A stretch of 63,818 nucleotides of DNA, the filler included, from Octopus bimaculoides (taxonomy: Eukaryota), in assembly GCF_001194135.2 (NCBI RefSeq). It is 5 parts of 4 records of this genome, joined end to end, with 100 filler letters (N's around TTAATTAATTAA, not from the genome) between each part and the next. Parts side by side here need not be neighbours in the genome. Positions count along the whole stretch, not along the records: positions 1 to 19,206 come from NC_068991.1; positions 19,307 to 36,610 come from NC_068990.1; 3 more parts are not named here. One strand, 5' to 3'. Positions 14,287 through 26,403 of this stretch are shown one piece after another (within the stretch, counting starts at the first letter, position 1; every line of letters begins with the position of its first letter). Position numbers and translations under genes: made by a program. The notes below the pieces were generated by a model. The model did no database searches and had not been told where the DNA came from. It saw nothing but the letters and a program-made list of their open reading frames with translations.

Positions 14287-14926
14287 NNNNNNNNNNNNNN
14301 NNNNNNNNNNNNNNNNNNNNNNNNNNNNNNNNNNNNNNNNNNNNNNNNNNNNNNNNNNNNNNNNNNNNNNNNNNNNNNNNNNNNNNNNNNNNNNNNNNNN
14401 NNNNNNNNNNNNNNNNNNNNNNNNNNNNNNNNNNNNNNNNNNNNNNNNNNNNNNNNNNNNNNNNNNNNNNNNNNNNNNNNNNNNNNNNNNNNNNNNNNNN
14501 NNNNNNNNNNNNNNNNNNNNNNNNNNNNNNNNNNNNNNNNNNNNNNNNNNNNNNNNNNNNNNNNNNNNNNNNNNNNNNNNNNNNNNNNNNNNNNNNNNNN
14601 NNNNNNNNNNNNNNNNNNNNNNNNNNNNNNNNNNNNNNNNNNNNNNNNNNNNNNNNNNNNNNNNNNNNNNNNNNNNNNNNNNNNNNNNNNNNNNNNNNNN
14701 NNNNNNNNNNNNNNNNNNNNNNNNNNNNNNNNNNNNNNNNNNNNNNNNNNNNNNNNNNNNNNNNNNNNNNNNNNNNNNNNNNNNNNNNNNNNNNNNNNNN
14801 NNNNNNNNNNNNNNNNNNNNNNNNNNNNNNNNNNNNNNNNNNNNNNNNNNNNNNNNNNNNNNNNNNNNNNNNNNNNNNNNNNNNNNNNNNNNNNNNNNAT
14901 ATATATATATATATATATATATATGT

Positions 14927-14967
<41 letters not shown>

Positions 14968-14970
14968 ATA

Positions 14971-15004
<34 letters not shown>

Positions 15005-15539
15005 ATGTGTGTGTGGGTGTGTGGGTGTGATAATATATATATATATATGTGTGTGTATATAAATGAATTGTTTACCGAATCTATATCCTAATTAAATATA
15101 CGCATACACACATCACACACGACACATACCTAATATAAAATGTATTCGTGTATGTAAAGAATTTACAGAATCTGGGAAGAACATACAATAACTTAGTTTA
15201 ACAAATCAACTGATACAACATATTGAATTACTATGAAAGTCGACAATATTGAAGGAATTATAGAACGAATCTATCATTGATTTGGATTCGGTTAAGATGA
15301 AAGAATCTTATCTGAGATTGATCAAATAATATCTAGAGAAGAGGATTTACCTGAAATGATACACGGAAGGCCAACATTATTTCACCTGAGATTCGGTGGT
15401 AAAAATTTTCAATGTATTCAGAACGCTAGTCTGTCGTTCGAAGTCTGTTCTTTTTTAGTAAGAAACAGAATGCAACTGAATGAATCAATCAATGAACAAA
15501 TAAATAAACAAACTAATGAATGAATAAGTAATCATTTTT

Positions 15540-15690
15540 ATTACATGCACAACTGGTGCTTATTTTATCGACACCGAAAGAACAGAAGACAAAGTCGACG
15601 TCGATGGAATTCGAACTCAAAACTGTATCACGGACGAAATGTAGCTAAGCATTTTGCACGGCGTGCTAACTATACTGCCCGCCCTCCGCC

Positions 15691-15692
<2 letters not shown>
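15540..15692 (-). mobile_element. SINE family B whose head abuts (TAA)n
   Basis: TTTATCGACACCGAAAG...AAGTCGAC...CCGCCTTAATAATAAT. Confidence 0.8.
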
Positions 15693-15764
<72 letters not shown>

Positions 15765-15793
15765 TATAATAATTATAATAATAATTATAATAA

Positions 15794-16737
15794 TATTTAA
15801 GGAAGCTGACAAATACAAACAAGAAATCATACTACCTAACAAATACGAAGAAGAAGAAGAAGAAGAAGAAGAAGAAGAAGAAGAAGAAGAAGANNNNNNN
15901 NNNNNNNNNNNNNNNNNNNNNNNNNNNNNNNNNNNNNNNNNNNNNNNNNNNNNNNNNNNNNNNNNNNNNNNNNNNNNNNNNNNNNNNNNNNNNNNNNNNN
16001 NNNNNNNNNNNNNNNNNNNNNNNNNNNNNNNNNNNNNNNNNNNNNNNNNNNNNNNNNNNNNNNNNNNNNNNNNNNNNNNNNNNNNNNNNNNNNNNNNNNN
16101 NNNNNNNNNNNNNNNNNNNNNNNNNNNNNNNNNNNNNNNNNNNNNNNNNNNNNNNNNNNNNNNNNNNNNNNNNNNNNNNNNNNNNNNNNNNNNNNNNNNN
16201 NNNNNNNNNNNNNNNNNNNNNNNNNNNNNNNNNNNNNNNNNNNNNNNNNNNNNNNNNNNNNNNNNNNNNNNNNNNNNNNNNNNNNNNNNNNNNNNNNNNN
16301 NNNNNNNNNNNNNNNNNNNNNNNNNNNNNNNNNNNNNNNNNNNNNNNNNNNNNNNNNNNNNNNNNNNNNNNNNNNNNNNNNNNNNNCAGATGACAACGTT
16401 TCCCTAAAAGAAATGGAAAAACTTTCAAAATACAAAGACGTGGAAATAGAGGTAACTCGAATGTGGAATCTAAAAACAGAAACAATGCCTATCATAGTAG
16501 GTGCCTTAGGTATAATAAAAAAATATTCAGACAAATACATAACAAAAACACTAGGACTTACAAATATATATAACATACAGAAAATTGCACTACTGGGCAC
16601 TGCACACATCCTACGAAAAACACTTTCAATACAGTAACCATAAGAGCATCACAGCAAACCACAGCACATACCCAAGGCACACAGAGCTGCGCTCGGTAGT
16701 GAAGTGAAAGCACGTTATAAAAATAAAACTAATGAAC
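15794..16737 (+). mobile_element. R4/Dong-like non-LTR retrotransposon, 5'-truncated (subfamily 1)
   Basis: Translates FKEADKYKQEI.LPNKY(E)n, then a gap, then ...KEMEKLSKYKDVEIEVTRMWNLKTETMPIIVGALGIIKK...NIQKIALLGTAHILRKTLSIQ*. This matches the C-terminus of a restriction-like endonuclease (RLE) LINE. Flanked by (TAA)n at 15693-15793 and 16738-16750. Confidence 0.85.
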
Positions 16738-17214
16738 AATAATAATAATAACAATAGACAGACTAGGGCCCCAAATGAACAAAAGTCTGGATGTTAGCAA
16801 TCAGTATATTATTTAGGTACCTCTGGATGCGTTTAGGTTCATTTTTGATAACATACTCATGTATTATATTAAAAAAATGGAAGAAAGAAAAAAGAAGCTG
16901 CATGTATAATACGTAACTTAGAAGGAGCAACGCTGCGGATGTGCCAATACACACGAGCTTGAGACATGAGGAATTCCGGAAAGAGCTTCGTAAGACCACT
17001 GCAGGCACGCTTCCGGAAAGAAAATTACAGTAACCGTTGGAAAACCGATTATAGCAGTGACTCGATCAATTGCTAACGATATTTGACGAAGGAATATTTG
17101 TATTCCGAAATATTATTAAGCTATTAGACTATGGATAATTAAATTATAACAGTTATTAGAGTCCACTCTGCATTGTGCCGTTCAAGACACGTTATGTTTT
17201 ATTATTATAACGGT

Positions 17215-17422
17215 TTCAAATTTTGGCACAAGGCCAGCAACTTGGGGGTAGGCGGTAAGTTGATTACATGACTCCAGTGTTCATTAGGTATTCATTCTAT
17301 CGACTCAGAAAGAATGAAAGGAAAAGTTGACCTCGGCGGCATTTGAACTCAGAAAGTAAAGATGAACAAAATGCCGCGAAGCATTTTACCCGGTGAGCTA
17401 ACGGTTTTGCCAGCTCGCCGTC

Positions 17423-17423
<1 letters not shown>
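17215..17423 (-). mobile_element. SINE family B whose head abuts (TAA)n
   Basis: GGCACAAGGCCAGC...TCTATCGACTCAGAAAGAATGAAAGG...TGAACTCAGAA...GCCAGCTCGCCGTCTTAATAAT. Confidence 0.85.
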
Positions 17424-17493
<70 letters not shown>

Positions 17494-18402
17494 TAATTGC
17501 AAAGACAAAAGCACATGAAAAATTAGCAAGCAGATGGGAACAGAAACCTCTGCATGGCAAGTATGTGGCTCGTAGNNNNNNNNNNNNNNNNNNNNNNNNN
17601 NNNNNNNNNNNNNNNNNNNNNNNNNNNNNNNNNNNNNNNNNNNNNNNNNNNNNNNNNNNNNNNNNNNNNNNNNNNNNNNNNNNNNNNNNNNNNNNNNNNN
17701 NNNNNNNNNNNNNNNNNNNNNNNNNNNNNNNNNNNNNNNNNNNNNNNNNNNNNNNNNNNNNNNNNNNNNNNNNNNNNNNNNNNNNNNNNNNNNNNNNNNN
17801 NNNNNNNNNNNNNNNNNNNNNNNNNNNNNNNNNNNNNNNNNNNNNNNNNNNNNNNNNNNNNNNNNNNNNNNNNNNNNNNNNNNNNNNNNNNNNNNNNNNN
17901 NNNNNNNNNNNNNNNNNNNNNNNNNNNNNNNNNNNNNNNNNNNNNNNNNNNNNNNNNNNNNNNNNNNNNNNNNNNNNNNNNNNNNNNNNNNNNNNNNNNN
18001 NNNNNNNNNNNNNNNNNNNNNNNNNNNNNNNNNNNNNNNNNNNNNNNNNNNNNNNNNNNNNNNNNNNNNNNNNNNNNNNNNNNNNNNNNNNNNNNNNNNN
18101 NNNNNNNNNNNNNNNNNNNNNNNNNNNNNNNNNNNNNNNNNNNNNNNNNNNNNNNNNNNNNNNNNNNNNNNNNNNNNNNNNNNNNNNNNNNNNNNNNNNN
18201 NNNNNNNNNNNNNNNNNNNNNNNNGGCACCTCACGGCGACTACCATACCAGTGATTGTAGGATCTCTAGGAATGATAAAAAAAAGGTACCTATGAATTTG
18301 CGTGTGTAAATTGGGAATGCATACAACGTTTCTCTGCCCTAGGTGTACGGAAAACACTCGGCGAGAAATGGGAAAAAATTTGAAGAAAGAAGAAAAAAAA
18401 AC
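17494..18402 (+). mobile_element. R4/Dong-like LINE, 5'-truncated with internal deletion (subfamily 2)
   Basis: IAKTKAHEKLASRWEQKPLHGKYVAR, gap, HLTATTIPVIVGSLGMIKK. 3' end GGAAAACACTCGGCGAGAAATGG...GAAGAAAGAAG followed by (TAA)n; (TAA)n also on the 5' side. Confidence 0.8.
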
Positions 18403-19159
18403 ATAATAATAATAATAATAATAATACTGAGAAGAGCATCGTTGTTGTAAATTGTCTTTTTTCCCCTTATTTTCTTTGTTTACTTTTTGTTATTTGTTTT
18501 CCCTTTTTCTCTCTACCCCCCCCCCTGTTCTCTATCACAATGACCTTGTGAATATACATCTTCATATACACGTGTGATTCGTAGACAACATTGACTCACG
18601 GAAACTTCTGGCTGGTGGGAGGATAGAATTGGAGTTACTTAATGGGAATTAACGAGAGGGGTAGTGTCAATTAAATTCATTTGGTTACTGTTTATTCTGT
18701 GGCAAGTAGAGTGCTGATCTCTTTGATTGGTGTTTATTGTAGTAAGACAAAATGAATTAGAACTGCATAGTGGCTATTTGTGGGCAAGAAGAAACAATTT
18801 TATATATTTTACTTGTGTTCATTTTGTTGGTGGGTACGAACAGTTGTATTTTACTCTACGAATATGCTTATGAAGTTGGGGATCAATCATACTGACCCCA
18901 GAATCACTCTTGTGATTTATGTTGTTGCTCCTGGAACACTGGATGTTGAAATCTACTTCGACTGTATTGGAACTCAGAATGTACAAGAATATCAAACGCT
19001 GAAATACCACAAATCATTTTCTCCGTAGCTTTACTGACTCGATCGGTCTACCACCATATAATAACAAATATATAGGATAAGGAGGAAGGGGTAAAGAAGA
19101 AGAAGAAGAAGAAGAAGAAGAAGAAGAAGAAGAAGAAGAAGAAGAAGAAGAAGAAGAAG

Positions 19160-19197
<38 letters not shown>

Positions 19198-19250
19198 GAA
19201 GAAGAANNNNNNNNNNNNNNNNNNNNNNNNNNNNNNNNNNNNNNNNNNNN

Positions 19251-19262
19251 TTAATTAATTAA
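19251..19262. other. Artificial scaffold linker TTAATTAATTAA inside a 100-nt placeholder gap
   Basis: About 44 N + TTAATTAATTAA + about 44 N. Identical constructs at 36655-36666, 56084-56095 and 57849-57860. The 12-mer is a six-frame stop linker and is not biological. Confidence 0.9.
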
Positions 19263-19306
19263 NNNNNNNNNNNNNNNNNNNNNNNNNNNNNNNNNNNNNN
19301 NNNNNN

Positions 19307-19730
19307 TAGGTGAAGGCTTGGTTATGTGGTAAGAACTTTGCATCCCAGCTACATGGCTTCAGGTTCAGTTCTACTTTGTGGCACCTTGGGCGAGTAAGTG
19401 TTTTCTACTATAGCTTTGGGCTGACCAAAGCCTTGTGAGTGAATTTGGGAGAGAGAAACTGAAAGAAGCCCGTCAAATATATATGTATGTATCTATGTAT
19501 ATATGTCTTTCTGTCTGCCCTTTTCACCCCACCATCACTTGATAATCGATGTTGGTGTGTTCACATCCCTGTAACTTAGCAGTTTGGCAAAAGAGACCAA
19601 TAGAGTAAGTACTAGGCTTACAAAGAATAAGTCCTGGGTTTGATTTCTTCAACCCAAAAACCCCTTTAAGGTGATGCTCCAGCATGGCCACAATCAAATG
19701 ACTGAAACAAGTAAAAAGATAAAAGAATAA
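19307..19730 (+). mobile_element. SINE family C, full length, CpG-decayed
   Basis: Head TGGTTATGTGGTAAGAAC, CORE-like module, short microsatellite, 3' module. CpG positions are mostly TG/CA relative to the 10.7 kb copy. Confidence 0.85.
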
Positions 19731-19770
<40 letters not shown>

Positions 19771-21162
19771 CCACATGCACACAAAGTTTATACATGTGTG
19801 TGCATGTGTGTATGTATGTTTGTGTGGCTCAGAGTTCAGTAACTTGACTATCCATTCACTGTGCTTCATTAAATAAATAACAGTCGATGTGAGGCTAAAC
19901 AATAACCACATTCTAACGTTTCTGCCAGCTCACCATCTGTAAAAATATTCTTTTCACAAGGCCCAAAATTTTGGGGGAGGGAGCCAGTCGATTAGGTTGA
20001 CCCCAATATGCAACTAGTCCATGAAGAAGCCTTTAAGAAGTGGCTCGACCTGGTAGAAATAGCCACCAAACCCCCCTTATACAACATTCAGCTGCATTCT
20101 ACTATCTTCAAAGACAATATATTAATATAATTATTCTGGTAAAAAGAAAATTGTGTAATCTTAGCAGAATTGTCTTTGATCATAAGTCTGCTATGTTAAA
20201 GCTGACTCACAGTAAAACAACTTCAACAGCCACCTACGCAAAATAACAACATAAAATTATTTATATTTATTCATATATATATTTTTAAAATCATGAAATT
20301 ACATAAAATTTTGAAAACCTTCCATTATAAACTTAACTTTGTTTTCCCCTATTTCAAATAATTGTTAGCTAATAGCTAATATATGGTGTCACATAAACAG
20401 CCATGAGGTCTATTTTTTTTATATTTTCCCCACTTCAAATAATGGTTAACTAATGTATACACATAAACAGCCATGCAGAAACTAGACATTATGATAAACA
20501 ATGTATTATATACACAAACAACAAGCCTTGAATATTTAAAAACAAAATTATGCTCACCTATTTACTTTAATAATGAAATTAGTATTTCCATCAAATGGGA
20601 GATGCTCAATGCCAGCAGTTTTTAACCTGGTTCATATCACATCTTTGGAAACATTGTGAGTTTGTAAGTAGACAGCTAATGTTAAGGAGGCCCTATGATG
20701 GAGATAGTGAGGTCTTAGGTGTTGCTTAGAAATGAAATATTCAAGTTAGGTTACAAAACAAAATTTGTCAGGAGCAAAATATGAATCAGACATTCTGTCA
20801 TCATTGATCAGATATGCCAAGATTCAATGTAAGTAAGTTGTATAAGTCCTGACCTTCTTTATTAATTTTTATAAAAATTTAACATAATTGGTCATAGCTC
20901 AGGCAAAAATCTAAATAGGGGTACATACTGGTTGAGATACTAAAAGAAAATATGAATAATATACCAATAAGTTTTGACTAATTAAAATAATCTATAATTT
21001 ATTTTTGGACGTGGAGAGGGGTCATTTGTAAAATGCCGTTTTGTGAAAAAGAGGTTTTGAGTCATTGAGAATTGTCACTCAATCTAAAAAAATAGCAAAA
21101 GCTCTTTTTTTAAATCACAGTTATTTTAGATAAAAAAACAAAAATCATACAGATATGATAGA

Positions 21163-21536
21163 TATTCTTCTCTACTCTAAGCACAAGGCCTGAATTTTTT
21201 AGGGAGGGGGCCAGTCGATCGACTCCAGTACACAACTGGTACTTTAATTTATCGACCCTGAAATGATGAAAGGCAAAGTTGACCTCAGTGGAATTTGAAC
21301 TCAGAACATAAAGACAAGCAAAATACCGCTAAGCATTTCGTCTGGCATTCTAACGTTTCTGCCAGCTCACCATCTGTAAAAATATTCTTTTCACAAGGCC
21401 CAAAATTTTGGGGGAGGGAGCCAGTCGATTAGGTTGACCCCAATATGCAACTAGTGCTTAATTTATTGACCCCAAAAGGATAAAAGGTAAAGTTGTCCTT
21501 AGCAGAATTTGAACTCAGAACGTAAAGACAAACGAA
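21163..21536 (-). mobile_element. Tandem SINE family B dimer enclosed by one target-site duplication
   Basis: Two B units. A 16-bp direct repeat ATACAGATATGATAGA lies at 21147-21162 and 21537-21552. Confidence 0.8.
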
Positions 21537-22219
21537 ATACAGATATGATAGACATTGCTCTCCAAGATAAATTACAGCTGGAACTTGTAAGATTAAACTG
21601 GCAGTCACTTCCTCAAAAAGTAGGTAATTCGTGATCCAATTACTATTTTCAGATAGAGAACTCTGCAAGAAATTATTGATGCAGTAGTTAAGGTGTTGGG
21701 ATGACAGTTATAAGGTTTGGTTCCTGGAGTAGACAACATGTTTTCCTTGAACTGAGGACTTCATTTTCATATGGCTTTAGTTTACTCAGCTGAAGATAGT
21801 ACCAGTGACAGCTGGTGGAATGGTTAAGCCTGCAATGGATTGGTGTCCTGTAAATGAGTGGTGGGGGTAGAGGTGGTGGAAATCTGATAATCTCATTCAG
21901 ATAAACAGATAAACAGAAACTAGGATATGCTTTAGCCTAATGGTGGGGTAGGCTTGCGACAGCCTTTAACTTAGGAAAAATGGACAGGTGGAATCAGAAT
22001 CATTACATCATCACACAAAATACCTTGTGGTATTTGTCCTGGTGTTTTATGTTCTGACTTCAGACCCCACTAAAATTAACTTTGCCTTTCATCCTTCCAA
22101 GGTGTTGTGGTGGGGATAAAATTTAGTACCAGATGCACTTCATGTGCTAAGGTCAGTTCAAGCAATCCACTACTCATAAATTTTACTTTATCTTGCTCTT
22201 ACATTAGAAACTAATATCG

Positions 22220-22695
22220 TTGGCAAAGTGACAGAATTGTTAGTGTGCTGAGCTGAACAAAATGCTTTGCAGTATTTTTTTTTTTTTCTGGTTTTACAAT
22301 CTGAGTTCGAATTCTGCTGAGATCAACTTTGCCTTTCATACTTTTGGTGTCAATAGAATAAGTACCAGTTGAGCACTGGAGTGGCTAGGCTCCTCACCTA
22401 ATATTTCAGGTCTGGTGTCTATAGCAGAAAGGAGGATTAGTAATACCACCACACCTGGGATAGAAAAAAAAAAAAAAAAAAAAAAGAAGAATTTATTTGA
22501 TATTTCAACTTTAACAAGCTTAAAATCTTCATCTTTAATATTGCTTTATGCCAAGTTCAAATTCTGCTGAGGTCAACTTTGCCTTTCATTCTTTCGGGAT
22601 CTATAAATTAAGCACCAGTTGTGTACTGGGGTCGATCTAATTGACTGGCCTTCTCCCCCCAAATTTCGGGCCTTGGGCCTAGAGTAGAAAAGAAT
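22220..22695 (+). mobile_element. Cluster of SINE family B copies
   Basis: GAGTTCGAATTCTGCTGAGATCAACTTTGCCTTTCAT and AGTTCAAATTCTGCTGAGGTCAACTTTGCCTTTCATTC...GGGCCTAGAGTAGAAAAGAAT. Confidence 0.8.
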
Positions 22696-23876
22696 AGTGC
22701 TTTATGCTTGCTTATAGAGGAATTAGAAAGATTTTAAGAGACTATACAGTTGGGTGTCCTTTCTATCACAAACTCTTTTAGTTACCTCTCACAACATGAA
22801 GGGGTCCCATGTATCTTCTGTAAAACTGGGATATGCATGGTATAGCAAACCTTTTAATAAAATTTTTTAATAGCATTTTTAAATGAGAAATAAATGGTAA
22901 ATTAAAACCCAAATTGTTATGTTGTGTACTGAAAGAGTAGAGTTATAGATAGATGCATTTCATGTAATGTGAAATAGCAGCTAAATCTATCTCAAAAGTA
23001 TGCCACATCATCTTTAGAAAAGAAGGAAATACCTAGAGGATAGTCCAAGATAAACTGCTACCCATTTAGTAAAAGTAAACTCACAATCACGAATCCATGG
23101 GAAAGGGTAGGAGTGGAGTACAGACTCATTTGATATTTCTGTTTTAACAAGCCTTCAATTTGAACAAGATATTTGACAATCAAATTGCTATATTGTGCAA
23201 AGAAATGTCATGCAGTGAAGTTTTAGATAACCACAATATTTGAACACTGTAATAAACTTTTGATTGCATGAGAAGCTTGCGGTAATAATTGATCTGTTGC
23301 TGTGTCACTCAACTAATAAGTATTCCTTCTCGTTTAATACATATATGACATACTGACGTTTTTCTATGGAAGACCTTGAGAGAAACCTTGACTTCCGCAT
23401 CCTGTCAGCTGTCAAGATGTTGTATAAAGGTTGGAGAGTTTCCATAGCAATGTGCTATGTAATTATAATGCATCCATGTAACAGACGGAAGGTGTTGTTT
23501 AATGTAAAACTCGTTACATTTTACACATTTCATAGAATGATACGTAAACTCGGAAGTATTTGCTGGATTTTCCAATCAGGCAGGTTTTCAGTGATTAAAC
23601 TTTGTGGATCTAATTAAAAATAAAAGAGCAAACACTATATATGCATACACAAATGTGGCTTTCATTATGTAATGATTAAACAAATGTATGTGTGTGGAGT
23701 ATAAGAGAGGCAGGCATAAGTGTATTGTGAAGAGGTTTGCTCTACAGCCATGATGTTTTCAGCTCAATCCCACAGCATGGCAACTTAGAATAGGTTTACT
23801 TCAACAAAGTCAGGATGATCCATGTCTTTTGAGTGAAATTTAGTGGATGGAAACTGTGAGGAAACTTGTCATACAC

Positions 23877-23922
<46 letters not shown>

Positions 23923-24059
23923 CACTGATAGATGTATATATAAATATATGTGTGTGTATGCATATGTATATATATGTGTGCGTGTATGTTGAGCCTCAAG
24001 GAGGCAATGGCCAAGACCTTTGGCATTATGTTGTGCTTGAGAAGAATACCTATCAAGCC

Positions 24060-24299
24060 AAGCAAATCGCAGTCATGGCAGATACTGGTGTCTTGCAAAT
24101 GGCACCTGTGCCGGTGGCATGTAAAAGCACCCATTACACTCTCAGAGTAGTTGGCATTGGGAAGGGAATCCATAGAAAGCCATGCCAAATCAGGCTGGAT
24201 CTTGGTGCAGCCTTCCAGCGTGCCAGCCCAGTGAAACTGTCCAACCCATGCCAGCATGGACAACGGGCATTAAATGATGATGATGATGATGATGATGAT
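24060..24299 (+). mobile_element. RTE-like 3' tail element (family D)
   Basis: GTAAAAGCACCCATTACACTCTCAGAGTAGTTGGCATTGGGAAGG...CCAACCCATGCCAGCATGG...TTAAA(TGA)n. Confidence 0.75.
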
Positions 24300-24479
24300 A
24301 TAGGTGAAAAATTCGGAGGGAGATTCCATGTGGTGGTAAAAATTAAATAAGATTAAAGGTGAAAAAGCACTGAAATCTTTTTATCTATAGATAGAGATTA
24401 GTTAATCCATTACAATATGTACAGAGTTGAATGGTTTTGCTTCGCTAATCAAGACTCAATGTTATGAAATCATTATGGC

Positions 24480-25005
24480 TAATAGTGTGGGGATATATAT
24501 GTAGGATGAAGTGGTGAGCCATGAGTTGAGACTGAGTCTCAAAGTAATGGTCATCACTGCTGAGCCTGCATAGACGGAGGAATCAGGAGTAGAAGATGGA
24601 GGGGTCAGTGTTGGTAGGGTGAGAAGAGGAGAAGTTAAGGTTGGAGCATGAGTCAGTGTGTTTGTAGTGGATGGGTGGATGGAGGGAGTGAGAGCAGAGT
24701 GGTGTGGGGGGCAGAATGGAAGGATGGATTGGACAAAGAAGATGGAGTCCAGGTGTTCACAGGAAGGTGATGTCATATAGCTTGGCAGTGGGACTAGTGA
24801 ATTGTGAGAATATTTGTGCCTCAGTGGATAACAAACATGTTTGCATAGTTGGGGGTCCATTCCCATTTTCATGTCCACTCCCAAGACCTGTTGGTAAAAC
24901 TCTCCCTTGAACAAGAAGTAGCTGAGGGAGAGGACAAGTTTGGCCAGGTGGGGAAGTGGGGAGGTGTCTGGTTCAGGGTCAGGCCAAAGGCCCAGGAAGT
25001 GTTTA
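24480..25005 (-). mobile_element. Penelope-like element reverse transcriptase remnant
   Basis: Minus strand reads ...PDPEPDTSPLPHLAKLVLSLSYFLFKGEFYQQVLGVDMKMGM, then after a frameshift PNYANMFV. This resembles the PLE RT motif LLRLAELVLTLNxFxFxGExYxQxxGVAMGTxMGPxYANLFVG (recognised from memory of the family). Frameshifted and decayed. Confidence 0.7.
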
Positions 25006-25036
25006 TAGATATACATGTATGTGTGTGTGTCTATAA

Positions 25037-25080
<44 letters not shown>

Positions 25081-25328
25081 NNNNNNNNNNNNNNNNNNNN
25101 NNNNNNNNNNNNNNNNNNNNNNNNNNNNNNNNNNNNNNNNNNNNNNNNNNNNNNNNNNNNNNNNNNNNNNNNNNNNNNNNNNNNNNNNNNNNNNNNNNNN
25201 NNNNNNNNNNNNNNNNNNNNNNNNNNNNNNNNNNNNNNNNNNNNNNNNNNNNNNNNNNNNNNNNNNNNNNNNNNNNNNNNNNNNNNNNNNNNNNNNNNNN
25301 NNNNNNNNNNNNNNNNNNNNNNNNNNNN

Positions 25329-25381
<53 letters not shown>

Positions 25382-25566
25382 GCAAATGCATATTATATAT
25401 GAATATATATATGTGTGTGTGTGTGTATGAATATATCTGTAGGGAAATATGGTGCTTGGTTATTTACAATTTCACACACACAAATAAATGCATACGACTG
25501 TGTAGAAATAGAAACAGTGAGAGAGCATGCGAGAGAGAGAGAGAGAGAGTGATACATGCACGCATT

Positions 25567-25680
25567 CATGCTGAGACACACACATGCACGCATGCATGCA
25601 GAGACACACATACACACGTGTATGCAGAGACACACACATACACACGTGCCTGCAGAGACACACACATACACACGTGCACA
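25567..25680. repeat. Minisatellite, about 26-28 bp x 4
   Basis: Unit TGCAGAGACACACACATACACACGTG(N), repeated with variants. Confidence 0.85.
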
Positions 25681-26334
25681 TACTAATAATATATATGTAT
25701 ATATATATATATACATATATATATGTATATGTATGGACATTTATACACACACAAACATATATGTTCATAAATGTGAAAGAAAAAGATAAATGCTTATCTA
25801 CATACAAACAGATATATATATATATATATATATATGTGCATACATACTATGCTGCCTCCACAATTTTCTCGCAGGGGAAAAACTATATGCACATAGACAT
25901 ATCCAGACAGATACATGCATGTATTTGTGTACATATGTATGTTTGTGTATATGTATATTTATCATTTCTATCGAGACACGCACACATGCACACATATTCA
26001 GACAAATATATGTGTATGTACACTCATGTATCAATATGTGTGCAACTGTGTATTGATCTTATCTTCCCATAGGCACATATACATACAGTCAAAACTTTGT
26101 GTATGCATATGTAAGTGGAAACGTACTTGCACATGTATACATACATATATACACACTTACATGCATACATTCATGCATACAGACACACATGAATATGTAC
26201 AACTCATACATATGTATATATACATACATGTGTATGTGCATATATATGTGTGTATATATATATATGAATGTGTGTGCGTGTGTATATATATATAAATACA
26301 TCTATCTAGCTGTCTGTCTGTCTCGCTTTCTCTC

Positions 26335-26403
<69 letters not shown>

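Noticed and set aside
16930-21625. Phase-compatible plus-strand exon chain (MRNSGKEL / AKYESDILSSLIRYAKIQ / MIDIALQDKLQLELVRLNWQSLPQKV)
   Set aside because: The second and third acceptors lack polypyrimidine tracts, and the third is formed by a SINE end plus TSD. No homology recognised, and the chain crosses an artificial join.
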